Source of the DNA: Octopus sinensis
Taxonomy: Eukaryota
DNA length: 64,000 bases
Assembly (NCBI RefSeq): GCF_006345805.1
Contig: NC_043019.1
Span: 21,699,360 to 21,763,359, forward strand
Direction of reading: 5' to 3'
The notes beneath the pieces were generated by a model, which had not been told where the DNA came from, did no database searches, and worked only from the letters and a program-made list of their open reading frames with translations. The position numbers and the translations under genes are program-made. Shown piece after piece: positions 24,644-38,423 of the stretch. The first letter of the stretch is position 1; each line of letters starts with the position of its first letter.

Positions 24644-26895
24644 CTGAATGAGACAAAGTTATCACAAATGTATTTAACAGAAACAAAATTTCTTGGCATC
24701 GGATATAAACAAATAGTTTCAGACTGTTCAAACCTTTATATAAATGTTTATTTTTTTTAGTCGTGTAAGCACATGCACACACACACATGCGTGTGCAAAC
24801 ATTCACACGCCATATCTACTCATGTATTCGCTCCACTGTTCAATACTTGACTTTAACTGTAAAAAATTATACACGAGTAAATACAGTATATTCTGTTATT
24901 CTTTTATTTGTTTCAGTCATTTGACTGTGGCCATGCTGGAGCACTGCCTTTAATCAAAGAAATCAACCCCGGGACTCATTCTTTGTAAGCCTAGTACTTA
25001 TTCTATCAGTCACTTTTGCCAAACCACTAAGTTACGGGGTCAATCCAAGACATTTGAGTGAAGCTGGGTAGGCAAAAACTGTGTGAAAGCATGGATTGTA
25101 ACTGGTATTCAAAAGGTACAAATTTTCACACACTTGTCTGTGGGATACTCAACCACTTTACATTCTAATTCAATGAAAATGTAGTACAGCTGATTAAACA
25201 ACTGGATGCTTTGTTAAACCAAACAGAGATTCTTTTACATATTTTATTTACTTGAAAATAGCAATAAGCTAATAATATGTGCTCAGCTTTTCACAGCATG
25301 GTTTTACCACAGGCCACTGTTTTCAGTTACAAAAACTGGCAACAGTGGCCCCTTATGTCAGAGGAGTTTTAATAAAGACACATTTTCCCCAAGTTAATGA
25401 AAATCTAGCCAGATGCAAGGTGACTATAATGAAACTGCTGACTTTGCGGGTTGTCCAATATGAAAATCACAAGTATTTCTTTTACAACTATCAAAGCTGA
25501 AGAGTATGCTGAAGAAGGTGACATACAGTGAACTGTCATTTCAGTAGAAAATACAGACTCTTCACTTGTTTTCTGTCTAGCTTGATTGGTTATCCGCACA
25601 TATTTTATAAAATGAATATGCATTCATTCAGCTAAAATAAACCTAGGACAGTCAATTAAGAGCATCAGATAGAATGCATTGTAATATTTGTTCCACTTTT
25701 GAGTTATCTGGGCTCAAATTCTGCCTCCTGTCTTCATCACCTTCATTTGATGTCCACTTTTCAATGCTTGTATGGGACAGATAGAATTAATAGAGTGAAT
25801 TCAACTATACCAGAAACAGCTGTAAAGTAATGAAGTTAATGACATAATTTCTTATTCCTTTGTCATTCTAATTTGTAATTACTGTGTGTGTGTGTGGTGT
25901 GTGTGTGTGTGTGTGTGTGTGATACACACACACAAATACATACTAGGCTTCTTTCAGTTTTTTGTCTACCCACAACACTTTCCCAAGATGCTGTGCAAAG
26001 GATGGTACACTACTCTCAGGCGTTGCATCTGACAGACAGCATTAGCAAAGTAGAGAGAAAAATACCCATTGGAAACATAAATTTCCTTGGTTCAGTCAGA
26101 AGCTTAGCTACCAACATCACTGTTATGAGAATTAAGCCAAGTAGTTAATAAAAATCAACACCATTCTATTGCCGATACTTCTTTTAATAACTCATAAAGA
26201 GAGAGGGTAACAATAAAGAGGTGGGGAGAGAGATGGAGACAATAGAGAGATGGGGAGAGAGAGGGGAAGGAGAGATAGATATTAACTTCAGTAATGTTTT
26301 AAATCAGATTATAGGGAGATGAGACAGAACATTTCAAAGAATTCAATTCCAATATCACAATATCATCTGTGATAAATAATTATTATTTCTGAATTTATAA
26401 TGGCATTTGTGAGAAGCTTCCAGCAGACACAAAGTAGACAAGCTGTGGAATGCATAGAGTGCAGGCATAATTTAAACGGCATGAAATTCGTTTAGAATTA
26501 ACTACAAAAGCAATTAACTTTATGATAATTTGCTTCAGATATTTTTCATTTTATTAGTGCTCAGGAATTGACAGAGATATATATATAAGAGGAAAGAACA
26601 ATACAGGAAGGGAGAATTGAGTAATTCACAATATATACATGCACAAAAATCAACACACACGTGTGTGGATGTTTATATGTGTATATGTGCATGTAGATCT
26701 ATTTATCTATTTATTTATTTTTGTCTAGTAGTCAGTTTTTTTGGGTGTTTCCCCAGTGTATAATTGGTTGATTACAGACGAAAACAAATCGGAATAGCCT
26801 GAAAAAAAAACACTTCTCACTTGAATGATATGGAAGAACATCAGCACCCCAACAAAATTCTATTAGTCACAGAATACGGTACAAATATAAAGTAG

Positions 26896-28280
26896 TCTAT
26901 AATATATAAGTCCTGTTTTGTCTGTGTGTGTGTGTGTGTAAAAGATTATAATAGTCGTATTTTTCAACTTATTGTGCTAAAATTTTACACATAGGTAAAA
27001 GACATCACAGTAGGTGCATCAATTAAATTTTATAACATAATTCTTAGTTTCAAAGTGAGATTTTCCCTTTTTTAATCAAAATCTTGATGGAAAATCCACT
27101 TTCAATGGCACTTATTGGCTATCATTCTGCAAATCACATACAAACAGTCACTATATTTGTCGAATCAGCATCAGAGCATTAACTGTATTAAGTTTTCTAA
27201 GCAATTTCATGAAAGAATATATGTGATTGCAGTAAAAATCAATATCATTCTAGAATGAACTGTACTCGAACACATGCATCCAGGCATGTCATTCTGTGTT
27301 TAATAAATAAGCTGACACAACAGAGTAAGAGGACAAGGCAATTATTGTGAATAAGTAAAAATTAAATGAAATATTAACTTTAACAAATAAATGGTATTAA
27401 TTGGCGCTCAGTCAACTGTGTGAATATTTTCTCACAACAAAATTCAATTGACAGTAGAAAACGACAAATCGATTGGTAATACAACATGGAAATTTGGGGG
27501 ATAAATATCTAAAACTTATATAAAATAAAAAATGAGTGGTATTTTTTGACTTTTGTGTGACTCACTTGATTTGACTCATACATGCCCATTATTTATACTT
27601 TAATTCCATTTCATGAAGAAGGAATATTAGTATTAATATTTCAAATTATGAGTTATTTTTTATCAGTAAGTATAATTGAGTGATATTTGGCAAATTCTTC
27701 TTATCATATTTATGAATTTTCCAGATCAAATTCATCAGTTACCTTCTAAAAAGAACACTATTCAGTCAGTTCTGGTAGCTTATTCATCCACAAGGGTTGC
27801 TACTTTATCGGTCAACATCGCATATTGCCGAACCCTATATCCCATTTGAAGTTTTCTGGTTATGTGGACTTAACTTTATTTATAAAGTATTTTCATTACT
27901 TCCAAATTAATAAGGTAATTTTAATGCTAACATCCTTTTTTCCCAAAGAAGCCCGGTTTTGGCTGTCTTTCATTTTCAGAGAAGTTCTTGAAACCGTTTC
28001 AATTTGCACATTCTTTTTATTTAAACTTTGCACTTAAGTGTGATATTTCTAAGCAATACTCTTTATCTTCTGCTACCTGACAGTGCACTGGTGTTTGCCA
28101 CGATCATTTACATTTTATTACAATCGCAGTTTTTGTCGATAGAATATCGATTTTCTCAAAATACATTCTGTCCACATAACAGAAGCATAAACAGAAGCAG
28201 AATTACACTATTTTTGACTCCAGTCCTATCACAAACTTACACCATCCAATGGATGGGGTATATAATAAAAAACAAACTAA
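26896..28280 (+). mobile_element. Possible older non-autonomous Helitron
   Basis: TCTATAATATATAAG followed by tgtctgtgtgtg at the 5' end; CCATCCA-A-TGGATGG hairpin at 28242-28256 and CTAA|T at 28277-28281. The preceding base is G rather than A. Confidence 0.4.
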
Positions 28281-28949
28281 TGTAATGCAATAACATTATA
28301 GTAGCAATAATCAGGCAGCAGATATAAAATTTGAGTTGCATTAAGCCTGTATACAACAGTATATGACTAACAAAGGCAAATGTTGTAATATAGGAAACTA
28401 ATCATAATGTGTAGAGATCAGAATACAGTGTTTTTTTTATAGGGGAGGAGATGAGCTGTTGGGATTTAAAAAAAAAGGTGGACAAAATTACTAGGTTTGA
28501 TAAAAGTTAATTTGGTTTTGAACTTTTTAAGTTTGTTCAACACCATCATCAAAAAAGAGGATGCAAACTATTTTGTTCCCTCATTAAATGCTTGGTGGGA
28601 AGGAGTAAAAAAAAATTGTACTAATATTTCTTCAGATGAATTAAGGTTGTGAGCTAGCAGAAACATTACCATGCCAGGCAAAATGCTTAGTAGCATTTTG
28701 TCTATCTTTGTATTCTGAGTTCAAATTCCTCCAAGGTCAACTTTGTCGCCTTTTATGCTTTTTGGAGTTGATAAAATATGTATCAGTTGAGCACTAAGGT
28801 CAATGTAATCACTTACACCCTCCTCCACACTTGCTGGCCTTGTGCCAAAAATTTGAAAGTGATATTTCTTTAAATGAGGAGATTTTACAATTGGAGAACC
28901 ACTGGTTTAACATACAAGATTTGGAATTTCAAGATCCTGGATATATAGT

Positions 28950-29346
28950 TGCAAGCATGGCTGTGTAGTAAGAAGCTTGCTTCCCTACCACATGGTTCTG
29001 GGTTCAGTCTCACTGCATGGCACCTTGGGCAAGTGTCTTCTACTATAGCCTTAGGTTGACCAAAGTCTTGTGAGTGGATTTGGTAGAAGGAAACTGAAAG
29101 AAGCCTATCGTATGCATATACATATGTTTGTCTTTGTGTCTATGTTTGTTCCTCCACACGACTGCTTGACAACTGGTGTTGGTGTGTTTACATCCCCGTA
29201 ACTTAGTGGCTCAGCTAAAGAGACTGGTAGAATAAGTACTAGGCTTAAAAAAATAATATATATCTTGGGGTCAATTTATTCGAATAAAACCATTCAAAGT
29301 AGTGCTACAGCATGGCTGCAGTCAATTGACTGAAACAAGTAAAAGA
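28950..29346 (+). mobile_element. SINE-A, full length
   Basis: Head gcatggctgtgtagtaagaagcttgc through tail gactgaaacaagtaaaaga. Confidence 0.85.
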
Positions 29347-29879
29347 AAACAAAAAAGGAATTTGTGATTTGCAGTCTACTTTGTAACTTTCACCTTCTGT
29401 GCTTCTTTAATAAAAAAAAGTTGCAAAGAGCCTTATGTAAATGGTAGTAAAACATGTGGTCTTTGTATTGCAAAAAAAATAATAAATACACACATTACAA
29501 TCAAGGATATATTGAAATGCCAAGTCAGAGGTATTTGGTAAGTGTAAAGATGAATAAAAATGGAATTTATTTAAAGACAAAGAGAGAAAAAAAAAAAGCA
29601 ATTGACAACAGAAACAAAGCAACAATGTATATTAAAGACAATATCAAACTTGAGAATGCAAATCTAAATACATGCAGAATGAACTATTAAGATACAAAAT
29701 GAATAAAAATTAGCCCACAAAGCAATAAAATAAAGTATAAAAAATAAAGTGAAATGAGTTCTAGATGTGGAAAAATTAAAATAAAAACTAATAATGAACA
29801 ACAGCAATAACCATTACAACAACAGTAAAAACAATTTCATAGAAATGAAACAGAACATCAAAATAAATAATAAATAAAG

Positions 29880-30230
29880 CATGCATGCATGCATGCATGT
29901 ATGCATGTATGTATGTATGTATGTATGTATGTATGTATGTGTATGCATGCATGTATGTATGTATGTATGTATGCATGTGTGTGTATGTGTATGCATGTAT
30001 GTGTATGCATGTATGTATGTAAGTGTGTGTGTATGTGTATGCATGTATGTATGTATGTGTGTATGTGTATGCATGCATGTGTGTGTGTATGTGTGTGTAT
30101 GTATGTATGTATGTGTGTGTATGTGTATGCATGTATGTGTATGTGTATGTATGTATGTGTGTGTGTATGTGTATGCATTTATGTATGTATTATGTATGTA
30201 TGTATGTACATACGTACGTACATATGTATG
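29880..30230. repeat. (ATGT)n/(ATGC)n/(GT)n compound microsatellite
   Basis: Direct reading; source of several spurious ORFs. Confidence 0.95.
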
Positions 30231-30826
30231 GGGAACCCTAAGGGAATAGCCATATGAGATATAAGTTACTCTAAAATCTCTGAGTGATTGATAAAATGTA
30301 AGAATTGACAAGCTAGACAGATGGAAATTACTTAGGAAAATCTAATGCATCAGATGGAACAAAATGTATTAAGACCATCCCAATAATTAAATCTCTACAG
30401 TCACTTTCTCTGCAAAAAAAATAGAACCCAAATCCCCATCCAGATACTGCTACCATTTTAAAAATGAAATAGGACACAAAGGAATGGTCATGACTAGTGA
30501 TAGGTTCTATGCCATAAAGCTGGCCAGGGGTTTTAACAGCAAATGTATTAAGAAGGAGTATGATGATAAATCATGCACGTCTGCATGGTCAGGAGGTTTA
30601 TTTTATGACCATGTTGTTCTTGATTTAATTCACAACATTTCACCTTAGGCAAGTTCTACAAAAGCCTTCTTGGGTTGCTGATGCCTTGTGAGAAGAATTT
30701 CATAGGTGGAAAAACATGCATGTTTATAAATATAAAGAATGACATAATATGGTCAAAGAGTTAAGCAATTTGTCTTACAACTATGGAGCCCAGGGTGGCA
30801 TTCTGGTCAAGTTTTTTTTTTTTATA

Positions 30827-31381
30827 CAGGGTCAGGCAAAATGATCTGACACATTTGTAGGTTAAATAAAAGGCATTGTTTTTCGTTTCTTTTTCAGTTG
30901 CTGCCATGAATTGAACTGGTGAGCATCGCGCTTTCATTGTGGAAACGTTTATCAAAACAAACGATTCTGTAACTGCAACACAAAGAGCGTTCCGTTTGCA
31001 CTTCAATCTTGGTAGACATGATCCCGTACCAGCTCGAAACACGATCTTGTTATGGGTTACCAACTTCAGAGCTACTGGATCTGCATTGAAACGAAAATCA
31101 ACCAGCCGACCTCGCACCGCCAGAACTTAAAGATGCAATTCGTCAAGAAATTACTGCCATTCCACATGAAATGACCCGCCAAGTTATTGACAACTTTCGT
31201 GAACGCCTTCGACAGTGTGTGGACAATAATGGATCCCACTTGACTGATTTAATTTTTAAAACATAATGAAACAAAATGGCATTATATGTACTTTTCAAAA
31301 ATAAAAACACTTTTTTGTTTCTTTACTTCATTTGCCTTTTATTTAACCTACAAATGTGTCAGATCATTTTGCCTGACCCTG
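30827..31381 (+). mobile_element. Internally deleted Tc1/mariner (DD41D/rosa-like) element
   Basis: Perfect 49-bp TIRs (CAGGGTCAGGCAAAATGATCTGAC...), TA TSD on both sides; the HTH N-terminus (ETFIKTNDSVTATQRAFRLHF...RPRTART) is joined to the C-terminus ELKDAIRQEITAIP...RLRQCVDNNGSHL; the catalytic core is deleted. Confidence 0.92.
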
Positions 31382-31862
31382 TAGTTACCTATGATTGACT
31401 TAAGCCTTGTGAGTGAAACAGTGTACAAAACCATATGGAGGACCACTGGTTGGATTGTACTTGCTATTCAAAAGTCCAATTTTGCTACAATCTGTAACAC
31501 TGATTCTGCCTGTTAATGGTAAATGTCTGTGGAATACCAAGTCAATGAGCAGGTCAATAAAGGAGGCTTACAAATGGTAGCTCAATCTGCTAGAAATAGT
31601 AGCCAGAAGGGGAGAAAAACAGATAATATAGTCCTAGGTACCCCTAAAAGTCCAGAGTAGTTAGTTACGGCTGGAATACTTTTGATCATAGTTCCGCTTG
31701 AACAGGTTGCCCAAGGATTAAATAAAAAGAACATAAATGTTGATTTGGGCTAAACTAATTTGTGATTCAACTGTAATTTTGCTAGGTTTTATAATTGTAC
31801 AGGCCATTCTTAAAATGAAAATTTAAATTGGCATGGTAACCTCAAGACTTTTCTTTCTATAT

Positions 31863-32252
31863 GGATGAAAGCACTCCGTCGGTTACGATGATGAGGGTTC
31901 CGGTTGATCCGAATCAACGGAACAGCCTGCTCGTGAAATTAACATGTAAGTGGCTGAGCACTCCACAGACACGTGTACCCTTAACGTAGTTCTCGGGGAT
32001 ATTCAGCGTGACACAGAAAGTGACAAGGCCGGCCCTTTGAAATACAGGTACAACAGAAACAGGAAGTAAGAGTGAGAGAAAGTTGTGGAGAAAGAGTACA
32101 GCAGGGATTACCACCATCCCCTGCCAGAGCCTCGTGGAGCTTTAGGTGTTTTCGCTCAATAAACACTCACAACGCCCGGTCTGGGAATCGAAACCGTGAT
32201 CCTATGACCGCGAGTCCGCTGCCCTAACCACTGGGCCATTGCGCCTCCACTG
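31863..32252 (-). mobile_element. SINE-D, full-length tRNA-derived SINE with TSD
   Basis: Head TGGAGGCGCAATGGCCCAGTGGTTAGGGC (A box) ... GGTTTCGATTCCC (B box); 10-bp TSD ctttctatat at 31853-31862 and 32253-32262. Confidence 0.88.
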
Positions 32253-32572
32253 CTTTCTATATAAAGCAATGCACAAACAACCAAAAATTAAAATGAAAAT
32301 AAAAACTATCAATAACAAAAAGCAATCAACACTATATAGACACACACACACATATATATATATCTGTAAAGAAGCGAACCTGAGAAAGGGGGAAGGAGGC
32401 TGGGAGCAGGAACTTTGCATCCCCACGAGCCTAGATAAATAACAGATACATTATTGGTTAGATTAATGTTGGCATATGTTACAAAACACATACATTGTTG
32501 ATAGTGTAAGACATCAAACAAACCAAACAGGCGCTCACAAGGCAGACCTTTCAGGTAACCAGCAGACTTGTT

Positions 32573-33218
32573 GATACATTTGATGGCTATCATTCAGGTA
32601 TCAAGCAGTCTTCATTGAAACATCTACCAATCATCATTGAGATGTGAAGCAGTTATCACTGAGACATCTGGCAGTCATCATTGAGTCATCTGGCAGTCAT
32701 CATTGAGACATCTGGCAGTCATCATTGAGACATCTGGCAGTCATCATTGAGACATCTGGCAGTCATCATTGAGACATCTGGCAGTCATCATTGAGACATC
32801 TGGCAGTCATCATTGAGACATCTGGTAGTCATCATTGAGACATCTGGCAGTCATCACTGAGACATCTGGCAGTCATCATTGAGACATCTGGCAGTCATCA
32901 CTGAGACATCTGGCAGTCATCACTGAGACATGTGGCAGTCATCATTGAGACATCTGGCAGTCATCATTGAGACATCTGGCAGTCATCACTGAGACATCTG
33001 GCAGTCATCACTGAGACAAGTAGCAGTCACTGTTGAGGCATTTCATAATCATCCTTATGCCATCTAGCAATCATTGTTGAGACATCTTGTAGTTATTATT
33101 GAGATATCTAACAGACAGCATCAAGACATCTAGCAGTCACCATCAAAATATCTAGTAGTCACCCTTCAGGCATGTAGCAGTTAACTTTCAGTCGTTTATA
33201 ACTCTTCACTGAGATATC
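32573..33218. repeat. 22-bp minisatellite GAGACATCTGGCAGTCATCA(T/C)T
   Basis: About 16 near-perfect units at 32661-33012, with decayed in-register units on both sides. Confidence 0.95.
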
Positions 33219-35918
33219 ACCATTTGATGGGTGATCAGCAATGACTGTTCAGTGTTTGCTGTAAGTATATTGTCATTGATCCGGTCACAGAGGTTTCCAT
33301 TTTGGAGTTATTGGGGAGATGTTGAGGATTTAGGCAACTTTATTTGTCTATGTCAAACAAAGTTATGTCTTCAGTACTAGAGATTAAACTATCGTAAAAC
33401 ATCAAACAGACAATCACGACACATCAAAGTGATGATTGTTGGATCTTTTCATAACATCATATGTAATTAATGAAGCAAGAATTTTGGTAACCATACCACA
33501 CATTAAAATGTAACTCCATCTTGACGCATTAAATCACGCCTTAAAAATAATTTTATGATGTTTAATTCAAATTTCTGATCAGTAAACAGGTCACAAAACA
33601 ATCATGATATCAAAAAAATATTATTTAAGATGCATGACATTAAAGCCACCATTAAGATAATTATGTATCAGAAACATAAATTAAGATAATTGTGATATTA
33701 AAAACATCATTAAGACAATTATACAAGATCACAAACATCAGTGGCCCTTTTGAAACCGTATTTCTAATTATATATACTGCCTATTATGTTTTGTTATTTT
33801 TTTAGATAATCAAATGCAAGAGGGATTTCATAAAATAATTAACTCTGTCGTTATTAAGGCAGTTATGAAAACCAGTATTAAAAGAATAGTATATGAAAAA
33901 TATTTAAATAATCATGGGCTGTTAATTATATTACTAAGAAAATTAACAGATTATTAATATAATAACATAAACATATTAATTACAGTAATTTTGTGATACA
34001 AACGTTAATTAAGGTGTGCACTAAAAGCAGTTTATTCGGAAAATCATGTGATGCAAAAAATAAATAAATAAATAAAAGGAATGAAGTAGAATATTTTATG
34101 CTAATTTAAAATTAAAACTTGTTATACATACATAATTGCACATATGGATGCATACACACACAATTTGAGGCATCAGTTTATGAGCATGCTTGAACCCAAG
34201 TAACACAAGCCTGGCAATAAATCTGTCCAACCATGACCACCCACCTTTTTTACAATTTCTTAAGGTCCTGAGATAAAGGTTCTTACCAATTTTTAATGGA
34301 GTTGAGGGCCCTACTTTCTTTTAAATTCATTTTCATGACAGTCAATTTCTTTATTAACCATGAGGTTGAAAAAAAGAGGGGACGATACGAGGACAGGTAA
34401 AACAAACATTGTGGTCAGTCAGAGGAAGATGGACACCACCCACAACATGTTACAGGGTCACTGAGATTGATGGTAGGGTGGGTATAGAAGGACTCGTGAA
34501 CCAATCATTGGCCTTACAGGAATAGGAAAAGGAAGTATGACATTGGGATGTCACATTAGCAATCACCACACCAGAGACTGATTTTCATGTTTGTTGCAGA
34601 GTGGACGCTGTTAAAGACCATCCAAAGACCAGATTGTGGGGGTAGTGGTGGAGGCAAACAGGTGAAGAAACCTATAGATCAGCTCTAGTAAATGATCAAT
34701 GATGAAGGAAAACTGGCAGAATGGCAGAGGTAGTAGAGAACCAGTCAATATATTTAATTTTTTTGGTGTTGTTTGTAATTGATTGGTGCTTGTTTTGTTA
34801 TAACCACAAAACAATGCTGACAAGGGATACCCATGATCAAAGTCATACCAGTTATGACCATCCAGCCCTTTCCCCTATCCTTTCCACAGTGCATATAGGA
34901 TCACATTATTCAATAGGTTCTATTTTCTCTAAGACATTTGGGAGTAATTTGTAGGAGATTTGGCTGTTACTTCTAGCAGGTCAGGTGATTGTATAGTGCA
35001 GCAATTCCAGAACTGGGTTACACAAATATAGCATAATGAGGGTCTGAGAACTGAGTCCCAAATTTGTAAAGTAGACAGACTTTTCAAAAACTTGGAGCTG
35101 TTGAAAAATTTATTTTTAAAAAATGGTCCTTCGTAGTAAAAAATTTAAGAAGCATCCCTACCCAGTGTTTGTTGATCTGTCGAAGGTTACTACAATCTGT
35201 AGTCTTTTGGCTTTTAAGGAAACTTGATGTAGTTAAATAGCTTCTGCAAATGATTCAAGTCATGCAGAGAGATGCAGTCAGGAAAGTAAGTGTTAGCAAT
35301 GAGTTTCCAGCCAGAATCCACAAGGATGATACTTGTAGGATCTGTATGCTGGGTTCAAATGTAATTAAGATAGACTTTGCAAAAGCCTGGAATCATCATC
35401 ATCTTTTAATGTCCATTTTTCATGCTGGCATGCGTTGGATGGTTTGACCAGAGCTGGCAAGCTGGAGAGCTCGCAGCAGGCTCCAGTATGACTTGGTTTG
35501 GTTTCTACAGCTGAATGCCTTTCCTAACACCAACCACTTTATATTATGTGTGCTCGGTGCTTTTAATGTGGCACCAGCACAAGTGCTTTTTATGTGGCAC
35601 TAGTACAAGACTTTTGCAGGCCAATCTTCTTCATCTGGTAGTGAAAAGGTAAGGAAACACTAACATAGAGATTCCCTCTTCAGTTCATTTATAATTTTAA
35701 GAAAGTAAAATGCAGAATCTAAACAAACAGATGAGGACTGGTGTTGGTAACATTGCTAACAACATGTGAGAAAGTTTGTAGATATCAGTAAGTTTAGTTG
35801 TTGCCGAAGGACTTCAATCTACAACATTAAAGTTTTTCTTTCTTCTACTCATCACAGCAACTAAGCTGACTGAGGTCCCATAAAAAATTTTTTTGGGATG
35901 TTACTTAGTATCATGTCA

Positions 35919-36072
35919 CAGGCATGGCTGTGTTGTTAAGAAGTCTGCTTTTCAACCATGTGGTTTCAGGTCCAGTCCCATTGTGTGGCACCTCATTTTG
36001 GGCAGGTGTCTTGTCCAGGCCAACCAAAACCTTGTGAGTGAATTTGGTGGATGGAAATGAAGAAAAAAGCTC

Positions 36073-36116
<44 letters not shown>

Positions 36117-36325
36117 TGCATGTGTGTCTTCTTGTCTTTTTGTCTGTAATATTTATAAATGAGTATCATCATCGTACCAGCAGTGTCCATTGTTTTCAAT
36201 CTGCCATGAAAACATGCCTGGTCATGGGAAAATATGACCTTGCTTGGAAACCGGTATGGGTTGGTAATAAGAAGGATATCTGACCCATGCAAGCAATTGT
36301 AAAGTGGACATTAAAAGTCATCATC
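35919..36325 (+). mobile_element. Chimeric SINE: SINE-A head with SINE-C-type tail
   Basis: caggcatggctgtgttgttaagaag head, (TG)n centre, ggttggtaataagaaggatatc...gtggacattaaaa tail; same architecture at 58955-59400. Confidence 0.65.
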
Positions 36326-37325
36326 ATCAGAATCCTTCATATTTTTTATATCTGAAGTCTTCCTAGATGTGACCCTGCCCTTTTAGTAAGGTCTCTAGTC
36401 AAATATAAGGGTGGAATAAAAACCACGATGAACAAGCCTCATTTAATTCAAGTGACTGAGGAATTTCAAAAATAATCCTTGATTTCATAAGAAACCGAGT
36501 AGACGTGTTGGATTCCATAACAAATATGGTGGACATTTCCAAAAACTAGAGACAATTGTGAAATTGTTTTGAAGTTTCAGTTTTTCCACCTATACTGACC
36601 CTAGACAAAACCAGATCAGCCAATCAGAAGCATGTAAACATCATCAATTACAGATTCTGTTAATTAGATATCCACAAGCCAACAAACGAGCTTCTATATG
36701 GTATTTCAACCATATATGGTATTTCAACCTACGGGAAATTGCAGCCAAATAACCCTCAAATCACACTCTGCAGTCTTAAAATACAATTCAAAGGATACAT
36801 TAGAAAATGTATCCCTAAATGGACTATGAATAAAAGATGAAATAGAGCTGACAAGATCATCTTTTAATAGGGGTTTGTTTAATCAGGGCTTACATGGACT
36901 TAAGAACAACAACAACCAGATACAATTAAAACAATTTCTTACAACTGACCAAAACAAGTGAAACTAAGCGTGAGGGTGAACAGCGACCATGCTGGAGTAC
37001 TACTTTTAAGAGTTTGAATCAGTCAATCCCAATACCTAGATGGCACTTATTCTTTCAGTTTCTATTTATCAGATTATTAAATCTAGTTGGAGTTATGTCC
37101 CTCAAACGAGATTTACCTCCCTTTATACACTCACATCTACTACCACTACTACAAGGAGTTTATATCGATCTACTTATTTACATTGTCCATCCACACACTA
37201 TCTTAAATATTTACTGTATTTGTTTTGCCAGAAATAACAGCCAAGTGTCCCTGAAATCACACTTGCCATTATAAACGGAAGGATAACTTGAATGATATCA
37301 TTAAAAGTAAAACAGATAATATTAT

Positions 37326-37523
37326 AACGTATGTTTGCCATTTAAATATGGCTAACCCCTAAGGGTGGATGCTACTGTAGTTTGTAGCCCCAGGAGGATA
37401 CCACCTCCAGCTGGCTATAGACACACTTTCTGTGCCCTATCAGTATTTGCAAAAGGAAGCTATCCTTCCCGTCTTCAACTTATGATACACATGGACTCGA
37501 GTTTCTGAATATTGACCCATCAT
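37326..37523. mobile_element. ~200-bp TSD-flanked insertion, unclassified
   Basis: ataatattat direct repeats at 37316-37325 and 37524-37533 enclose a GC-richer block. Confidence 0.55.
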
Positions 37524-38115
37524 ATAATATTATTGCAGATAGAAAATCCTTTAAACATAGGTGTGTTCTATCAGGCATATGATAACCTGGTATTAAACAC
37601 CAATAAATGGTTACTTTTTCAAACTTTTGTGAGATGTTCTTTCCAATATTACAAATTTATCTAGACCGGATTTTCTAAAACATTTTTGAAGATGTAGAAA
37701 ACAAAAATAAGAATTTTATTAATCATAGAGAAATAGGTATCACTGAGTTTGGCAAAGTTTTTTCACTCAGAATGTCTAAAAACAAACCTACATATGGGAT
37801 AAAACATACACACTACTATTTGAGTTTAGAGTGCCAACTTGCTAAAATTAATGGATTGCATTTTTCATTATTTCATTTCATTTTTGAATGGCTTAGTGAA
37901 GGGAGGAATGGCTAACTCAATGAACATTTTGGGGTATTTCAAGATAGCGATGATTCAGAAACGTAGCCTGAATACTTTACAACAGAGTGGACTCATGAGG
38001 CGGTGTTAAACCAAGCGACAGATGAAGTATCAGACATAAGAAGAGAAATAACCCCTTTAAAGCAGTGTTTTTCATAGGGGAATAGAACCATAACTGATTG
38101 AAAATTAGGTAAATT

Positions 38116-38423
38116 CATCATCATCATCATTTAGCGTCCTCTTTCCATGCTAGCATGGGTTGGATGGTTCAACTGGGGTCTGTGAAGCCGGAAGGCCGCA
38201 TCAGGCCCAGTCTGATCTGGCAGTGTTTCTACGGCTGGATGCCCTTCCTAACGCCAACCACTCCGTGAGTGTAGTGGGTGCTTTTTACGTGCCACCTGCA
38301 CAGGTGCCAGACGAAGCTGGCAAACGGCCACGAACGGATGGTGCTTTTATGTGCCACCGGCACGGGGGCCAGGCGAGGCTGGCAACGGACATGAACGGAT
38401 GGTGCTTTTACATGCCACCGGCT
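38116..38423 (-). mobile_element. SINE-C, young copy
   Basis: (CAT)n then agcgtcctctttccatgctagcatgggttgga...ggatgcccttcctaacgccaacc; CpGs retained. Confidence 0.85.

Noticed and set aside
28426-28905. hAT/Charlie-like MITE ends (cagtgttttt...ggagaaccactg); similar hints at 34997-35160 and 1840-2045
   Set aside because: Termini too degenerate and no 8-bp TSD could be verified.
32170-32250. tRNA genes here and at 61530-61605
   Set aside because: A and B boxes are present, but there is no complete cloverleaf and both continue into SINE bodies; the first has a TSD.
32573-33218. 22-bp array as a CRISPR array or C/D snoRNA cluster (ATGATGA on the minus strand)
   Set aside because: No unique spacers and a eukaryotic context; no properly placed box D or terminal stems. 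It is a plain tandem repeat.
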